DNA of 64,000 nt from an uncultured Gammaproteobacteria bacterium (GTDB lineage: Bacteria > Patescibacteriota > Patescibacteriia > Magasanikbacterales > JBBTQS01): assembly GCA_964627525.1 (NCBI GenBank), contig CAZVIA010000005.1, positions 6,078 through 70,077 of the forward strand, written 5' to 3'. The notes beneath the pieces were generated by a model that was not told where the DNA came from, searched no databases, and saw only the letters and a program-made list of their open reading frames with translations. Of the stretch, positions 19,507 to 28,668 are shown in pieces (the first letter of the stretch is position 1; every line of letters starts with the position of its first letter). Made by a program: the position numbers and the translations under genes.

Positions 19507-20532
19507 TTATAAAAACTTTTTGTCTTTAAAAACTTCTTGCAAAAATACTTTAACTGCAGTCGCAACAGGAATTGCCAACAAAGCACCTAGAACACCAGCA
19601 AGTTTTGCACCAATTAAAATTGCAATAATACTAATTAGTGGATTTAAGCCAACTGCTTTTTGCATTACTTTTGGAACAAGTAAATTATTTTCAATAACTT
19701 GTAGCAACCAGAAAAAGATCAAAACAATTAGCGCGCGAACTGGTGAATCAGTAAATGCAAAAAAGATTGCAGGAATTGCTGCCAACACCGGACCAACATA
19801 TGGAATAATTTCAAACAAACCTGCGATCAGCGCAAGCACAAGTGCATATTCTAAACCAATAATTGTAAGACCAACATAAGTCAGCAAACCAATAATCAAA
19901 CTTAGTGCCAACTGCCCTCTCAACCAATGCCCAAGCATTACTCTGATTTTTGTAAAAATTCTATTTACAAATGGCTGATACTGATCTGGAATAAGTGCGC
20001 GAGTTGCTTTTTTAAGACTGTCCTCTTGCACAACCATGTAAAATGTCAAAACCATCACAAGAATAAATGAAAAAACTTTTCCAAAAAATCCTGAAACTGT
20101 TGTAAATAAATTTGAAAACGCACCTTGTAGCCCAGCGCCAAAAGCATTTACACTTGATTGAATGTCGCTAGTGATTCCATACTCTGTTGAAAATTGTTTA
20201 AGTGCTTCAAAACTTGACGCTATGCTGTCCCATTGTGTTGCAAGATTTTTTGCTAGTGCTTTAGCTTCAAAAGTAATTGGAGGAACTAACATTGATCCAA
20301 CCAATACAAAAACTCCTACAAACAAAATATAAATTACAATAACTGAAAGTGCTCTTGGAATTTTTTTGCGATGAGCCCAATCTGCAAATGGATCAATTAG
20401 TGATGCAAAAATTAGTGAAACAAAAATTATTAAAATTATGTCTCTCACTAAAAACAAGAGCCAAAGTAAAATTAAAGTTAAAACAATTTTAATAATTGTT
20501 TTTGTACTTATGGTTACAGCGTATTCTTTCAT
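19507..20532 (-). CDS. AI-2E family transporter
   Basis: IPYVGP, ENNLLVPKVM..AVGLNP, G.LGALLAIP motifs. Confidence 0.9.
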   Translation of the reverse strand: MKEYAVTISTKTIIKIVLTLILLWLLFLVRDIILIIFVSLIFASLIDPFADWAHRKKIPRALSVIVIYILFVGVFVLVGSMLVPPITFEAKALAKNLATQWDSIASSFEALKQFSTEYGITSDIQSSVNAFGAGLQGAFSNLFTTVSGFFGKVFSFILVMVLTFYMVVQEDSLKKATRALIPDQYQPFVNRIFTKIRVMLGHWLRGQLALSLIIGLLTYVGLTIIGLEYALVLALIAGLFEIIPYVGPVLAAIPAIFFAFTDSPVRALIVLIFFWLLQVIENNLLVPKVMQKAVGLNPLISIIAILIGAKLAGVLGALLAIPVATAVKVFLQEVFKDKKFL

Positions 20533-20608
20533 ATATTTTTATACTATTTTGTACTAGACTGTTTTTATTGTACCGTATATAGTGTTGTTACACAATGAAT
20601 TTATTTGT

Positions 20609-21058
20609 ATGGCAAAGTTGGCAATAAACAAAAAAGCTAGATTTGATTATGAAATTTTAGACACGCTTGAGGCGGGTGTTATTTTGAATGGCCAAGAAGC
20701 TAAATCTGTAAGAGAAGGTGGATTGAGATTGGTTGAGTCTTTTGTAACTTTTAAGGGTGAGGAAGCTTTTATAACAAATGCACACATTAATCGTTACAGC
20801 AAAGCAAGTTCGCATTTGGAACATGACCCAACTCGCCCGCGAAAATTATTGTTGCATAAAAAACAAATTGCTCGGCTGATTGGAAAAAAATCTGTTGAGG
20901 GCTTGACAATTGTGCCTTTGTGTGCTTATATTAAAGGAGGAAAAATTAAAATAGAAATTGGAATTGCGCGCGGTAAAAAGAAACATGACAAGCGCGCGGT
21001 TTTGAAAAAACGCGACACTGATAGAGAAATCAGAAGAGCCCTTAAAAAAAACCTCTAA
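20609..21058 (+). CDS. smpB: SsrA-binding protein
   Basis: NKKARFDY..EAG..L.G.E.KS.R; RKLLLHK; GKKKHDKR; adjacent to tmRNA. Confidence 0.97.
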   Translation: MAKLAINKKARFDYEILDTLEAGVILNGQEAKSVREGGLRLVESFVTFKGEEAFITNAHINRYSKASSHLEHDPTRPRKLLLHKKQIARLIGKKSVEGLTIVPLCAYIKGGKIKIEIGIARGKKKHDKRAVLKKRDTDREIRRALKKNL

Positions 21059-21138
21059 AATTCGCATACTAATTTTGTACCGTTTGCCCGTAGAGGGTGG
21101 TCGAAGGCCATAGGTGCAAAATTAGTATGCGAATTTTA
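21056..21138. repeat. 26-bp inverted repeat between smpB and ssrA
   Basis: TAAAATTCGCATACTAATTTTGTACC ... GGTGCAAAATTAGTATGCGAATTTTA (1 mismatch). Confidence 0.9.
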
Positions 21139-21140
21139 CT

Positions 21141-21520
21141 GGGGATGACAGGCATCGATGGGAGGTTCGTGTAATTTTCTTGCGTATCAAGTTTGTATGT
21201 TCTTGTAAAAAATATTCAAACGATTACGTGCAAACGTTTTCAACAAAGTGAAAAACGCTTTCCGCGTTCCTTCACTTTCAATGGTAGCAGCTTAAAAGCA
21301 GCAACCCATCGCGTCCTGACGTCTCTAGGGGCAACGCGGTGTTATAATGAGACTTAGGTTTGCGAGACTTCTCCACTTGTAAACTGAAATAATTGGAGAT
21401 AGACATTACAAGACTTTGATTGTTTGTTGCTTGTAGTGCGACCCCTTCAAACAATCTACATACGTAGATAAGTTTATTGCATACTCACCAGACGCGGGTT
21501 CGAATCCCGCCATCTCCACA
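21141..21520 (+). ncRNA. ssrA: tmRNA; tag ORF 21230-21295 ANVFNKVKNAFRVPSLSMVAA*
   Basis: 5' GGGGATG...TCGA; 3' T-arm GCGGGTTCGAATCCCGC and CATCTCCA acceptor strand; resume codon GCA; tag ends in AA. Confidence 0.92.
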
Positions 21521-21602
21521 TTTTTAAATCACAAACGACCAGAGGTTTTCTTCTGGTCGTTCGTTGGTTGGAATGCTTGGTGTTCACACCTGTTGCCAAG
21601 CG

Positions 21603-21815
21603 CTAGCGCCTAGCTGCCGGAGCAAGCACAACCATGGTACAGTTGGTACACAAGTACACATCATGCGGACCATTCCTGTGACGGAAATAGCAGTCGTGCA
21701 CTCCCCCACAGTTATGGCAGTACAAAGGAACTCGTCCGTCCATGACCACAGCCGGATGGTGTGTCTTGGTTGTTTGACCTGCAATAGGCAAAACCGCGAT
21801 TGATGCTGAGCTCAT
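21603..21815 (-). CDS. Small zinc-ribbon-like protein
   Basis: CHNC...CTNC pairs; SD GGGAGGAG before ATG 21815. Confidence 0.55.
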   Translation of the reverse strand: MSSASIAVLPIAGQTTKTHHPAVVMDGRVPLYCHNCGGVHDCYFRHRNGPHDVYLCTNCTMVVLAPAARR

Positions 21816-21942
21816 TTCTCCTCCCTTGGTTTTTTCACCTCCAAGCCCTGCAAATCGCCCAAAGTATATCATATTTATTTTTCTGATGCACCATGTTGAT
21901 ATTTTTTACTAATTTTGCTATACTTTTTGCGTAGAAAACTTT

Positions 21943-22548
21943 ATGAGAATTTCAAGAAAAAAACGGCCAAAACATGAGACAAAAATGCGATACAGATTTA
22001 ATCGCCATATTCGCGCAGAAGAGGTGCGTGTAATTGGTGTTAATGGAGAACATGTTGGAAATATTCCAACACAAGAGGCTGTTGCATTAGCTGAATCACA
22101 AGGATTGGATTTGGTTGAAATTAATCCAAAAGCACAACCACCTGTTTGTCGCATTGTTGAGTATGGTCAATTTAAATATCAACAAGAAAAAGAAGAGCGA
22201 ATGAAGCGTGCTCACCAAAAAGCAACTGAAGTTAAAGGAATTAGAATTAGTGCAAGAATTAGTGAACATGATCGAGATACTCGCCTTAAACAATCTGTAA
22301 AATTTTTGTCAAAAGGAAATAAATTAAAACTTGAACTAATTTTGCGTGGTCGTGAAAACGCTCAAAAAGACAGGGCAGCTGATATTGTGAAAAGTTTTAT
22401 TGAAAGTTTAAAGGAATATGCAGATATAATTGTTGAACAAGAGGTTAAACGTCAAGGTAATAAGTTTACTGCATTAGTGGGCGGAGTTGTTAAGAAAACA
22501 GACAAAAAATCGCCTGAAACTGACGCAGAAGAAGCTTCCACAGACTAA
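21943..22548 (+). CDS. infC: Translation initiation factor IF-3
   Basis: N.HIRA.EVRVI, LDLVEI.P.AQPPVCRI.EYG.FKY. Confidence 0.97.
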   Translation: MRISRKKRPKHETKMRYRFNRHIRAEEVRVIGVNGEHVGNIPTQEAVALAESQGLDLVEINPKAQPPVCRIVEYGQFKYQQEKEERMKRAHQKATEVKGIRISARISEHDRDTRLKQSVKFLSKGNKLKLELILRGRENAQKDRAADIVKSFIESLKEYADIIVEQEVKRQGNKFTALVGGVVKKTDKKSPETDAEEASTD

Positions 22549-22600
22549 TCTTGCAATTTTTTAGTGGATATTGTATAGTATTGCCACTGATTTTATTGAT

Positions 22601-22798
22601 ATGCCTAAGTTAAAAACACACAAAGCTACGGCTAAAAGAATTAAAAAAACAAAATCTGGTAAGCTGATTAAACGTACTGCTGGCCAGGATCATTTTAATG
22701 CACGCGAAACCGGTAAAAAAATGCGCAAGAAACGTCGTGACACTAGCGTGAGTCCTGCAAAACGTCGTGTGATTGAAAAATCAATGCCATACGCATAA
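22601..22798 (+). CDS. rpmI: 50S ribosomal protein L35
   Basis: MPKLKTHKATAKR; lies between infC and rplT. Confidence 0.95.
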   Translation: MPKLKTHKATAKRIKKTKSGKLIKRTAGQDHFNARETGKKMRKKRRDTSVSPAKRRVIEKSMPYA

Positions 22799-22821
22799 AA
22801 ATTTTGGAGTAAAAGAGTAAT

Positions 22822-23166
22822 ATGCCTAGAGTAAAAAGAGGAAAAGTTAGACAAAAAAAACGAGCAGCAATTCTTAAACAAACAAAAGGATTTCGCTGGG
22901 GTCGTAAAAAATTAATCAAGCTGGCAAAAACAGCTATTCTTAAATCTGGTCAACATTCTTATATTGACCGCAAAAAGAAGAAAAGAGTTAATCGTCGTTT
23001 GTGGAATTTGAGAATTAATGCAGGAGCGCGTGAACATGGAATGACTTATTCAACTTTTATTTCTGCTTTAAAGAAAAAAGGATCTACTTTAGATCGCAAA
23101 GTGTTGAGTGGTTTGGCAAAAGATCATCCTACAATTTTTGAGAAGATAGTTGGGTTCGTGAAATAA
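22822..23166 (+). CDS. rplT: 50S ribosomal protein L20
   Basis: MPRVKRG...RRLW..RINA...LDRKVL. Confidence 0.97.
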   Translation: MPRVKRGKVRQKKRAAILKQTKGFRWGRKKLIKLAKTAILKSGQHSYIDRKKKKRVNRRLWNLRINAGAREHGMTYSTFISALKKKGSTLDRKVLSGLAKDHPTIFEKIVGFVK

Positions 23167-24334
23167 ACAATAAATTCAACCCCATCAAAACAAATAAACT
23201 AATAGTCGCTACCACAAAACTGATATTAAAGACATTTACTAGCAAGGCCAGCACACCATACAAAATTACTTTAAAAATAATTGCAAAAGTATTTCTATAA
23301 GTTGATGCACTCAGTGCATCAATTTTTGCTCCACGTTCAAAAATATCGCTATCCAAAGGAACTAAAACCAAAACACTAAACAAACCAATTAAGAAAACCG
23401 TCACATACAACATAATATCAGCCTGAATTGTTAAACGAAGAATCCAAGTAAGTGCCACCAACCCCGCACCAAGCGCAATCATCTTACTTCTGTCCCCCTT
23501 CTTAATATTTCCCGCAAAATAAGTAATTATCATTGTTGTGACCGCAACAATAACTGGTAAATAAGCAACAGATTCTAGTGTTCCAAAGATCACATAAATA
23601 AACAAAGGCCAAATCACTGACTCAGCAGAACCCTGAATTCCCCAAATCATCATTGATGCATAATTTTTCTTCTCACGAATATCTTTGAAAAAAACCTTAA
23701 AAGGTTTTGTTTTTATTTTTGGCTTATCATGCACATGTTTCATTTTATACAATGGCCAAATAGACAAAGCCAAAATTCCAGCAGAAACTAAAATCAATAA
23801 TTTTTGACTAATAAAAATCAAAATCAAAGCACCTGCGATTGGCGCTAAAATTCCCGCAATAGTTCTAACAATATAAAGTATGCTCGTGCTTTTACTTGAA
23901 TTTCTTTTTTTACCTTTTTTATTTTTAGTACTTTGCATGAACAAATACAAATACCCTATCCAATAAAAAGCATCATGAATCGCTGCAAAAACAGCAAGCG
24001 CAAAAAGTGTTGACCATGTAAAGTTTAAACTATAAAAAATTGCAAAAAACACAATGCTGGCCAGCGAACCAATTATAACTACCCAGCGCGCACCAATTTT
24101 TGGCAATAAATATTTTACAAAAAATCCCAACGGCAAATCTATCAGCAAAAATATAAAAAAGAAAATCATTACATCGCCGATTTCCAATCCATTTAACAAA
24201 AATAAAACCGGAATAAAAACAGCAATCAATGCACGCGCAAAAACATGAAGCCAAACAGATAGCTCAAAAAGCCAAAATTCTGAATGCATTAATTCATGAA
24301 TTCTGTTGTGATGAAATGTGTGAAACAATTGCAT
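23129..24334 (-). CDS. MFS-type transporter
   Basis: About 12 TM segments in two halves. Confidence 0.7.
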   Translation of the reverse strand: MQLFHTFHHNRIHELMHSEFWLFELSVWLHVFARALIAVFIPVLFLLNGLEIGDVMIFFFIFLLIDLPLGFFVKYLLPKIGARWVVIIGSLASIVFFAIFYSLNFTWSTLFALAVFAAIHDAFYWIGYLYLFMQSTKNKKGKKRNSSKSTSILYIVRTIAGILAPIAGALILIFISQKLLILVSAGILALSIWPLYKMKHVHDKPKIKTKPFKVFFKDIREKKNYASMMIWGIQGSAESVIWPLFIYVIFGTLESVAYLPVIVAVTTMIITYFAGNIKKGDRSKMIALGAGLVALTWILRLTIQADIMLYVTVFLIGLFSVLVLVPLDSDIFERGAKIDALSASTYRNTFAIIFKVILYGVLALLVNVFNISFVVATISLFVLMGLNLLFISRTQLSSQKL

Positions 24335-24346
24335 GCAAAAATTATA

Positions 24347-25057
24347 TCATTTTCGCGCGATTCTTAACACATCAATAATAAACCTAAAACCATCTGAAGT
24401 GCGCACACTTGATTTTGGATTATATTTAAAAGTCACTGGATGAGAAATAATTTGCAAATCCTTATCACGACATTTTTTTATTAACTCAACATCAAAAGCA
24501 AATTTGTCCTCTTGTAAATTAGGAAAAATTTGTTCAGCAATTTTTTTATCAAAAGCTTTTATGCCACATTGTGTATCAACAAAACCAAGACCCACAACTG
24601 ATGCAACAAATTTTTGTAAAATCCGAGAAATGAACGAACGAAATCGCGCATACAAAGAAGGATGGTTTGCAGCTTTTCTCTGACCAATAACTAAGTTGCA
24701 CTCCCCTTTTAAAATTTCAAACATTTGCTCAAGTGCTTCCAAAGGAAAAACTAAATCAGCGTCAATAAAAGCATAGTGCTGCGCGCGCACTGTTCGCACC
24801 GCATGACGAATTGCAAAACCCTTGCCTTTATTTTTTTTATAAGACAAAGCCATGCAACGCAAATTATAATCAGCTTGCTCTGGAAAATTTGTAATTTTTT
24901 GATGAGTTTTATCCTGACTTCCATCATTTACAAAAACAATTACGATCTGCTTATCACGCCATTTGGATTTTTGAAAAAAATTAATTAACTGGACGTATGT
25001 GTGGTCCAATTGTTCTTCTTCATTAAAGCAAGGAATTATAATTGCAAAGTCATACAT
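24347..25057 (-). CDS. Glycosyltransferase family 2 (DPM1-like)
   Basis: IIIPCFNEE, VNDGSQD, N.GKG.A, FIDAD, DTQCG.K. Confidence 0.9.
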   Translation of the reverse strand: MYDFAIIIPCFNEEEQLDHTYVQLINFFQKSKWRDKQIVIVFVNDGSQDKTHQKITNFPEQADYNLRCMALSYKKNKGKGFAIRHAVRTVRAQHYAFIDADLVFPLEALEQMFEILKGECNLVIGQRKAANHPSLYARFRSFISRILQKFVASVVGLGFVDTQCGIKAFDKKIAEQIFPNLQEDKFAFDVELIKKCRDKDLQIISHPVTFKYNPKSSVRTSDGFRFIIDVLRIARK

Positions 25058-25176
25058 AGTGCTGAAAGTATATCAATATCATGCTATTTTTAGCAAAAAG
25101 AAAAACCCTGGGCATGGAGGATTTATTGAGCAATGCTCTTATCCCAGGGTTTTCTGCACCATTACAGCGCAACTTG

Positions 25177-26130
25177 TTAGTCTATTGGTGTGGAGCTATT
25201 CAAGCCACCCCACATGCCCAACAATTCATTCTTGTGTCTGTAGCGTTTGTTTTGCCACGCTTGAAACTGCCTTTCATCCATAAGTGGTATGTCTTCAAAA
25301 CACAACTCTTCTACTTCCACGTAAAAGGTTTTGTCTAGAATTTTTTCCAAATCCCAGATTGTGTGACACAAGATCCCAAAACCCCAAGTCACATCAAAGA
25401 CACGGACACCACTCATTCCACCACAAAACAAAGTGTGCAAAATCGTGAGCTCTGAACCACTTCGCGGCTGACGCGTGAACTTGAGCCAATGAGCATGAAG
25501 TGAAAACTTCTTGTGATCACTGGCCATGCTTTTTGGTTTTGGCCGACCAGTGTCTGGATGCAAGATCATTGTGGTGCCATGAGTAAACACCAATGGAAAT
25601 CTCTGCTGTACTTTTTGCAAAGATTCCGCACGCTTGTCCCTATTAATAGAAATCATCGTACCTAGTACAGACAAAAATCCACCAATCGGTGAAAACTGAT
25701 TTTTGGTTGCCATCACAGCGCCAACTCGCCTGTTACTTAGGTAATTAGCAAAAGGACTGTTTACGCCACGCATTAGCGCAACTTCATTCAAACTGTGAGC
25801 ATACAATCCATAAGCTGGACCAATCTCACCAGTAGTTGGATGATTTGTTGTAAGAAAAACCCTGTCACCAGGATCAATACTCACCTTTTTCAGGATTTTG
25901 ATCTTTGTGCCCAAAATCTTTATCCAACAATGCCTAGTTGCCACACCAGTCCACAACGTTGGAATTCTGTTAAAAGGATTGAACTGAAACTTTTTGTCCA
26001 AAATCCTTCCTTGCAAAACCCAGTAATACACCATGCCAACTACCCATGGTATAAAACCAAGAAACACGAAGTAAAAACAGAACCAGAACACAGCCTTGCA
26101 AATTCGCCACTTGTTTCTGACTTTCATCAC
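25177..26130 (-). CDS. Divergent PlsC-like acyltransferase
   Basis: N-terminal TM; TNHPTTGE (resembles NHxxxxD), ISINR, ILHPDTGR (resembles FPEGTR); SD GGAGGAGG. Confidence 0.55.
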   Translation of the reverse strand: MMKVRNKWRICKAVFWFCFYFVFLGFIPWVVGMVYYWVLQGRILDKKFQFNPFNRIPTLWTGVATRHCWIKILGTKIKILKKVSIDPGDRVFLTTNHPTTGEIGPAYGLYAHSLNEVALMRGVNSPFANYLSNRRVGAVMATKNQFSPIGGFLSVLGTMISINRDKRAESLQKVQQRFPLVFTHGTTMILHPDTGRPKPKSMASDHKKFSLHAHWLKFTRQPRSGSELTILHTLFCGGMSGVRVFDVTWGFGILCHTIWDLEKILDKTFYVEVEELCFEDIPLMDERQFQAWQNKRYRHKNELLGMWGGLNSSTPID

Positions 26131-26230
26131 CCCCCTCCTCCTTGTTGCGATTGTTCATGTGATTATTACCACATGAAAATTTATCCTAACAAACCAATCC
26201 CAGCCTGTCAAACAGCAATAATTAAAAAAC

Positions 26231-26959
26231 TTAATTTATTATTTTTTCAAAAATTTTATTTTGGTAAACCTTGTGCTTTAAAACATATCTCTCTGCTTTT
26301 TCTGGTTTCCCATCTTTCCCTCTTTTTCCACTTTTCACAGATTTTTTTTCTAAACTATTTGAATAAAAAATTACCTTAAAATTTCCTTTTAAAAAACCCT
26401 TGGCTTTTAACGGCATTCGCATTCCAGCGCTATTTTTTATAAAATTTGAGACTCCTGTTTTAAATCCAGAATGTTTATATGCGTCATTTATTAATTGTGT
26501 ACAAAAAAATTCTTTCTCTCCTGGGACAAACTCAAAATCATATGGCTTGCCAAGTTGCTTGCTTACAAAATCAATTGATTTTGTTACTTGGCTTTGTGTT
26601 ATATTTTTTGGCCGAAGAATCATTAAAGTATCGTACTCTTTAAAAAGTTTTACAAATTTCATTTCTTGAACACCATCTGCAATTGAATGTACGAGTTTTT
26701 TATTCCCAACGTACAAAAGTGAGTGAGACACAAAATCATGGGTAACTAAGGACATTATTCTTGTATGCCCAGCAACTAAAACAAGGTCACCTGGCTGAAT
26801 AACTTTTCTTGATCGCTTAAAATCTTTTTTTCTTAGAAAATTTTTTCTTTGAAAAATCTTTGTCACCACAATCAAAAAAATAATATTGAACAGGATTTTT
26901 TTAATCCAACTTTTTTCTTTATGAAAATTTTTTATAATGTGGTGTCTGTAACTAAGCAT
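26231..26959 (-). CDS. Permuted papain-like amidase (YiiX/YebB-like)
   Basis: QPGDLVL, SHSLLYVG, QLGKPYDF, FCTQLI..AY. Confidence 0.8.
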   Translation of the reverse strand: MLSYRHHIIKNFHKEKSWIKKILFNIIFLIVVTKIFQRKNFLRKKDFKRSRKVIQPGDLVLVAGHTRIMSLVTHDFVSHSLLYVGNKKLVHSIADGVQEMKFVKLFKEYDTLMILRPKNITQSQVTKSIDFVSKQLGKPYDFEFVPGEKEFFCTQLINDAYKHSGFKTGVSNFIKNSAGMRMPLKAKGFLKGNFKVIFYSNSLEKKSVKSGKRGKDGKPEKAERYVLKHKVYQNKIFEKIIN

Positions 26960-26968
26960 ATTTATAAA

Positions 26969-27244
26969 TCACAATCTCCTTTTATAATCATCTTGTCCTT
27001 TGCGAAGAAATATATCCAAAACTTCTACAATATTTTTCTTAGAAATTATAAAATACAAAACTCTCCAACGTCCAATTCTAATTCTAAATGCCATTTGTTT
27101 TACACCAACAATACGTCGTGTTTGGGGGTGAGAAAAAGGATTTGTAGTTAATTCTTCTAATTTATTTAAAATAATTTGCTGCGTCTTTTTATCTATTTTT
27201 TTAAACTCTTTTTCAAACCTAGCACGAAAAATAATTTCGTACAT
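26969..27244 (-). CDS. RelE/ParE family toxin
   Basis: F.KEFKKID...I..L..NP...FRIRIG.WRVLY. Confidence 0.85.
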   Translation of the reverse strand: MYEIIFRARFEKEFKKIDKKTQQIILNKLEELTTNPFSHPQTRRIVGVKQMAFRIRIGRWRVLYFIISKKNIVEVLDIFLRKGQDDYKRRL

Positions 27245-27249
27245 ACTAA

Positions 27250-27483
27250 TTATAAATTACAACGTGAACGCAACTCTTTCATGCTGTATGTTTTTTGTTT
27301 GCGAGTATCTTTATATGCTTCTAAAAATCTTTTGCGATCTTCTTTAACATCTAAAACATACTCACGAAGCGCATTACGCATGAGTTCACTTCTGGTTTGA
27401 TCCATTTGTGCAGAAAGGTCGTCAATTAATTGAGTCATACCTTTTGGCAAAGAAATAGATAAAATTTGAGTTTTTCTTGACAT
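27250..27483 (-). CDS. Ribbon-helix-helix (CopG-like) antitoxin
   Basis: ILSISLP...ID......TRSEL.R.ALREY; directly upstream of the toxin. Confidence 0.85.
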   Translation of the reverse strand: MSRKTQILSISLPKGMTQLIDDLSAQMDQTRSELMRNALREYVLDVKEDRKRFLEAYKDTRKQKTYSMKELRSRCNL

Positions 27484-27548
27484 AAAAGTGTAATACTTAG
27501 TATTAACATTTAAACTATAAAACAATCCTCAACCCATGTCAATAAGTT

Positions 27549-28169
27549 TTATCCTTTTATAACTTTGTATTGATCAAGGCAATATTCAAAAACTTCTAAC
27601 AAAACTTTATCCCACTGAAAATGTTTTCTTTTTTTCTTATCAATCACATCTTCATCAAAACCATAAAGCTCATGTTTTCCAATTGTAATTTTTGGCAAAT
27701 CTATTTCATGTAATAAACCTGCGATAGAATCAACACTTTTTGCAAATTTAGCATCTAAAGTTTCATGATTCTCAAATTCCTGAAAATATTTTTTTAAATT
27801 TTCATGCAAAACACCCATTGCCGCTACAAATTCTTTATCACCTTGTTCTTTTGTTTTTTTAAACATTGGAATATCACCCAAAACAGTTTCGCCAATATCA
27901 TGAATTGAAAGCATTATTAAAACTCTTCCCAAATCAACCTTAGAACTGTTTTCAATATGTGGATGTAAAAATGTGGCTATTATTGGCAAATGCCCCACAT
28001 GTTCAATCAATGGCTCACGAAATGATTTGTTTTCATAATCAAAACTTTTCAGGCCACTTTTTTCAAAAATATTTTCATAACGTTCACGCGTCACAATACA
28101 GCGATCCACATTTGCGTATTTTGTTTGAAGTTTCATTAAATTTTCCACCAAATCTTTTGTGTTGTTCAT
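27549..28169 (-). CDS. HD-domain phosphohydrolase
   Basis: E...EH, IHDIGE...GDIP, AKFAKS.D. Confidence 0.85.
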   Translation of the reverse strand: MNNTKDLVENLMKLQTKYANVDRCIVTRERYENIFEKSGLKSFDYENKSFREPLIEHVGHLPIIATFLHPHIENSSKVDLGRVLIMLSIHDIGETVLGDIPMFKKTKEQGDKEFVAAMGVLHENLKKYFQEFENHETLDAKFAKSVDSIAGLLHEIDLPKITIGKHELYGFDEDVIDKKKRKHFQWDKVLLEVFEYCLDQYKVIKG

Positions 28170-28233
28170 ATGTGACTATTATATGGGAATATTGTGTATA
28201 AAACAAAACACCCTGCTTAAAAAAGGGTGTTTC

Positions 28234-28258
28234 TTTTCGAGTGCGGATCGGACGGGAC
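28234..28258 (-). repeat. 25-bp duplicate of tRNA-Asp 3' end and trailer (att-like)
   Basis: TTTTCGAGTGCGGATCGGACGGGAC is identical to 28423-28447. Confidence 0.9.
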
Positions 28259-28432
28259 ATTTTTCGGTTGGCTTTGCCAACCTCAAAAAGAATCCTCCTG
28301 CGCCTCGGAAGACATAAAATAAATTTTAGTCTTCGCTCACCTTAGTCAGCTTCCGAACCCCTGGGTTCTCGCCCCAACCAATCCCATATTCAAAAAGAAA
28401 TACCCCACTTGTGGAGTATTTATTTTCGAGTG

Positions 28433-28506
28433 CGGATCGGACGGGACTCGAACCCGCGACCTCCGCCGTGACAGGGCGGCATTCTAACCAGCTGAACTAC
28501 CGATCC
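28433..28506 (-). tRNA. tRNA-Asp(GTC)
   Basis: GGATCGGTAGTTCAGCTGGTTAGAATGCCGCCCTGTCACGGCGGAGGTCGCGGGTTCGAGTCCCGTCCGATCCG folds as a cloverleaf; CCA not fully encoded. Confidence 0.97.
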
Positions 28507-28668
28507 AAAGAATTTTTTGTGTGCCAACACTATAATATATTACTGTATTTTTGTCCAGCACCAACTCAAACTTAATTTAAAAGAAAACAGACCCTCTACA
28601 CGTTAATGTGTATCAGGTCTGCCAGTTAGGAGGAGGTTTTGCAGAACTTCATGTTCTGCGCGGACCTA

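Noticed and set aside
28234-28258. Second tRNA gene
   Set aside because: Only the 3' acceptor strand and part of the T-stem are present
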